Shown: piece after piece, positions 63,071 through 64,000 of the stretch | How positions within the stretch are numbered: the first letter of the stretch is position 1 | Layout: every line of letters starts with the position of its first letter | Assembly: GCA_973895155.1 (NCBI GenBank) | Contig: OZ316891.1 | Span: 17,916,095 to 17,980,094, forward strand | Direction: 5' to 3' | Source of the DNA: Marsupella aquatica | Lineage: Eukaryota; Plantae; Marchantiophyta | Length of the DNA stretch: 64,000 nucleotides | Notes under the pieces: generated by a model | The model's input: the letters and a program-made list of their open reading frames with translations, nothing else | Database searches by the model: none | Told to the model about the DNA's origin: nothing | Translations under genes and position numbers: made by a program

Positions 63071-64000
63071 GTACATTTACCACAGAGATTATTTGGTTTG
63101 AGGTTTAACAAGATGGTACTCATACTTACTACGCGTCTATCCTCTACATTGGTATCTTTGGATTCTGCCATCAAAATATTAATATACCTGATCAACTTGA
63201 TAACTCAAAACCGTTTGAGGAATTCTTCAGAATACGTACACACTCAACCCGGCAACCAACTCCTTGCCTTATAAGTGAATTGAATGGGCAAATTCCAATC
63301 ACAACTTAGTTGCAATAAACAACAAGAACTCAGATAACCTCTATACTGTTGAAGCCAACTCTAGTAAAACACTCAACCACGTACACAATACTTTAGGCAC
63401 ACATTCTGCAAGCTCAGCTTTGCAACCAACTCAATTCAGACACTATACATGGGAATTGCAGTGTATTCTTTACTAAGTACTTTACATTGCCATCCAGCCA
63501 AGAACTTATCTATTCTCTACTGCTCAAGCTTGGGTGCATCTAACTTGACTAAGAACAAGCCCCAAGAGCCACGCTATGAAGGGATTTATCCTTACAACGT
63601 GCTCCCGAACCCTACCTACAATTTCTACAAACTTGAATGGGAATGACACCTCTCTAGTAGAGGACGCCTAGCTACCCATGCAATCCTACTACATTCCCTG
63701 GAGTCATTGCATGTTGCAATACTCATCAATCGCTTTCCCTACTCCTCGCATGATCAATGACCTCCTTGTCATCAAGAATGTCAGCATCCACTTATTGCTC
63801 TCATTGTCACGACTGGGACAAACCTCCTGGAATGACTGATTCTAAACCTGTCTCCCTCTTGTCTCTTCAGCTTCTCCGCCAAGGCCGTTCTCTCTAACGG
63901 CCAAATTATTTGTATTGGCCTAATGACCAATGTCGGGCCTAATCTCTAATTGGGCACGTCCCCAATGATATTTACATTCCCAATATTGGGTATATTCCCG

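Overview
Plant nuclear DNA, probably from a bryophyte-like early land plant (inferred from GT-AG introns, a plant TAF4 gene with an RST domain, and the transposon types). About 47 kb is nested transposons. (1) A CACTA/En-Spm element has its left end outside the window and its right end at 23395. It carries a TnpA-like gene, a broken TnpD transposase and an intact SET-domain exon. (2) Inside it is a non-autonomous Copia-type LTR element (7919-22693, TSD CTATC). (3) Inside that is an 11.6-kb TIR DNA transposon (10500-22141, flanked by CATG). It encodes a Sola-like DDD transposase and a 3-exon ParB/Srx + beta-class N6A/N4C DNA-methyltransferase fusion. It also holds an F-box-like ORF, orphan ORFs and about 20 copies of the 14-bp palindrome CGATAAATTTATCG, almost all in its introns and intergenic spacers. 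This is the best candidate for an undescribed system: a transposon-borne, parS-like-guided DNA methylation module. (4) Further on are Gypsy-like remnants, a head-to-head pair of unknown paralogues, and a second Sola2-like element (33851-47313, TSD AAAT) with RPA-OB and RING cargo, AAGGACT palindrome arrays and two MITEs. The last 16 kb holds host genes (MAPEG/MGST3-like, TAF4) and a LINE remnant. All alignments and counts were made by eye; no database searches were run.
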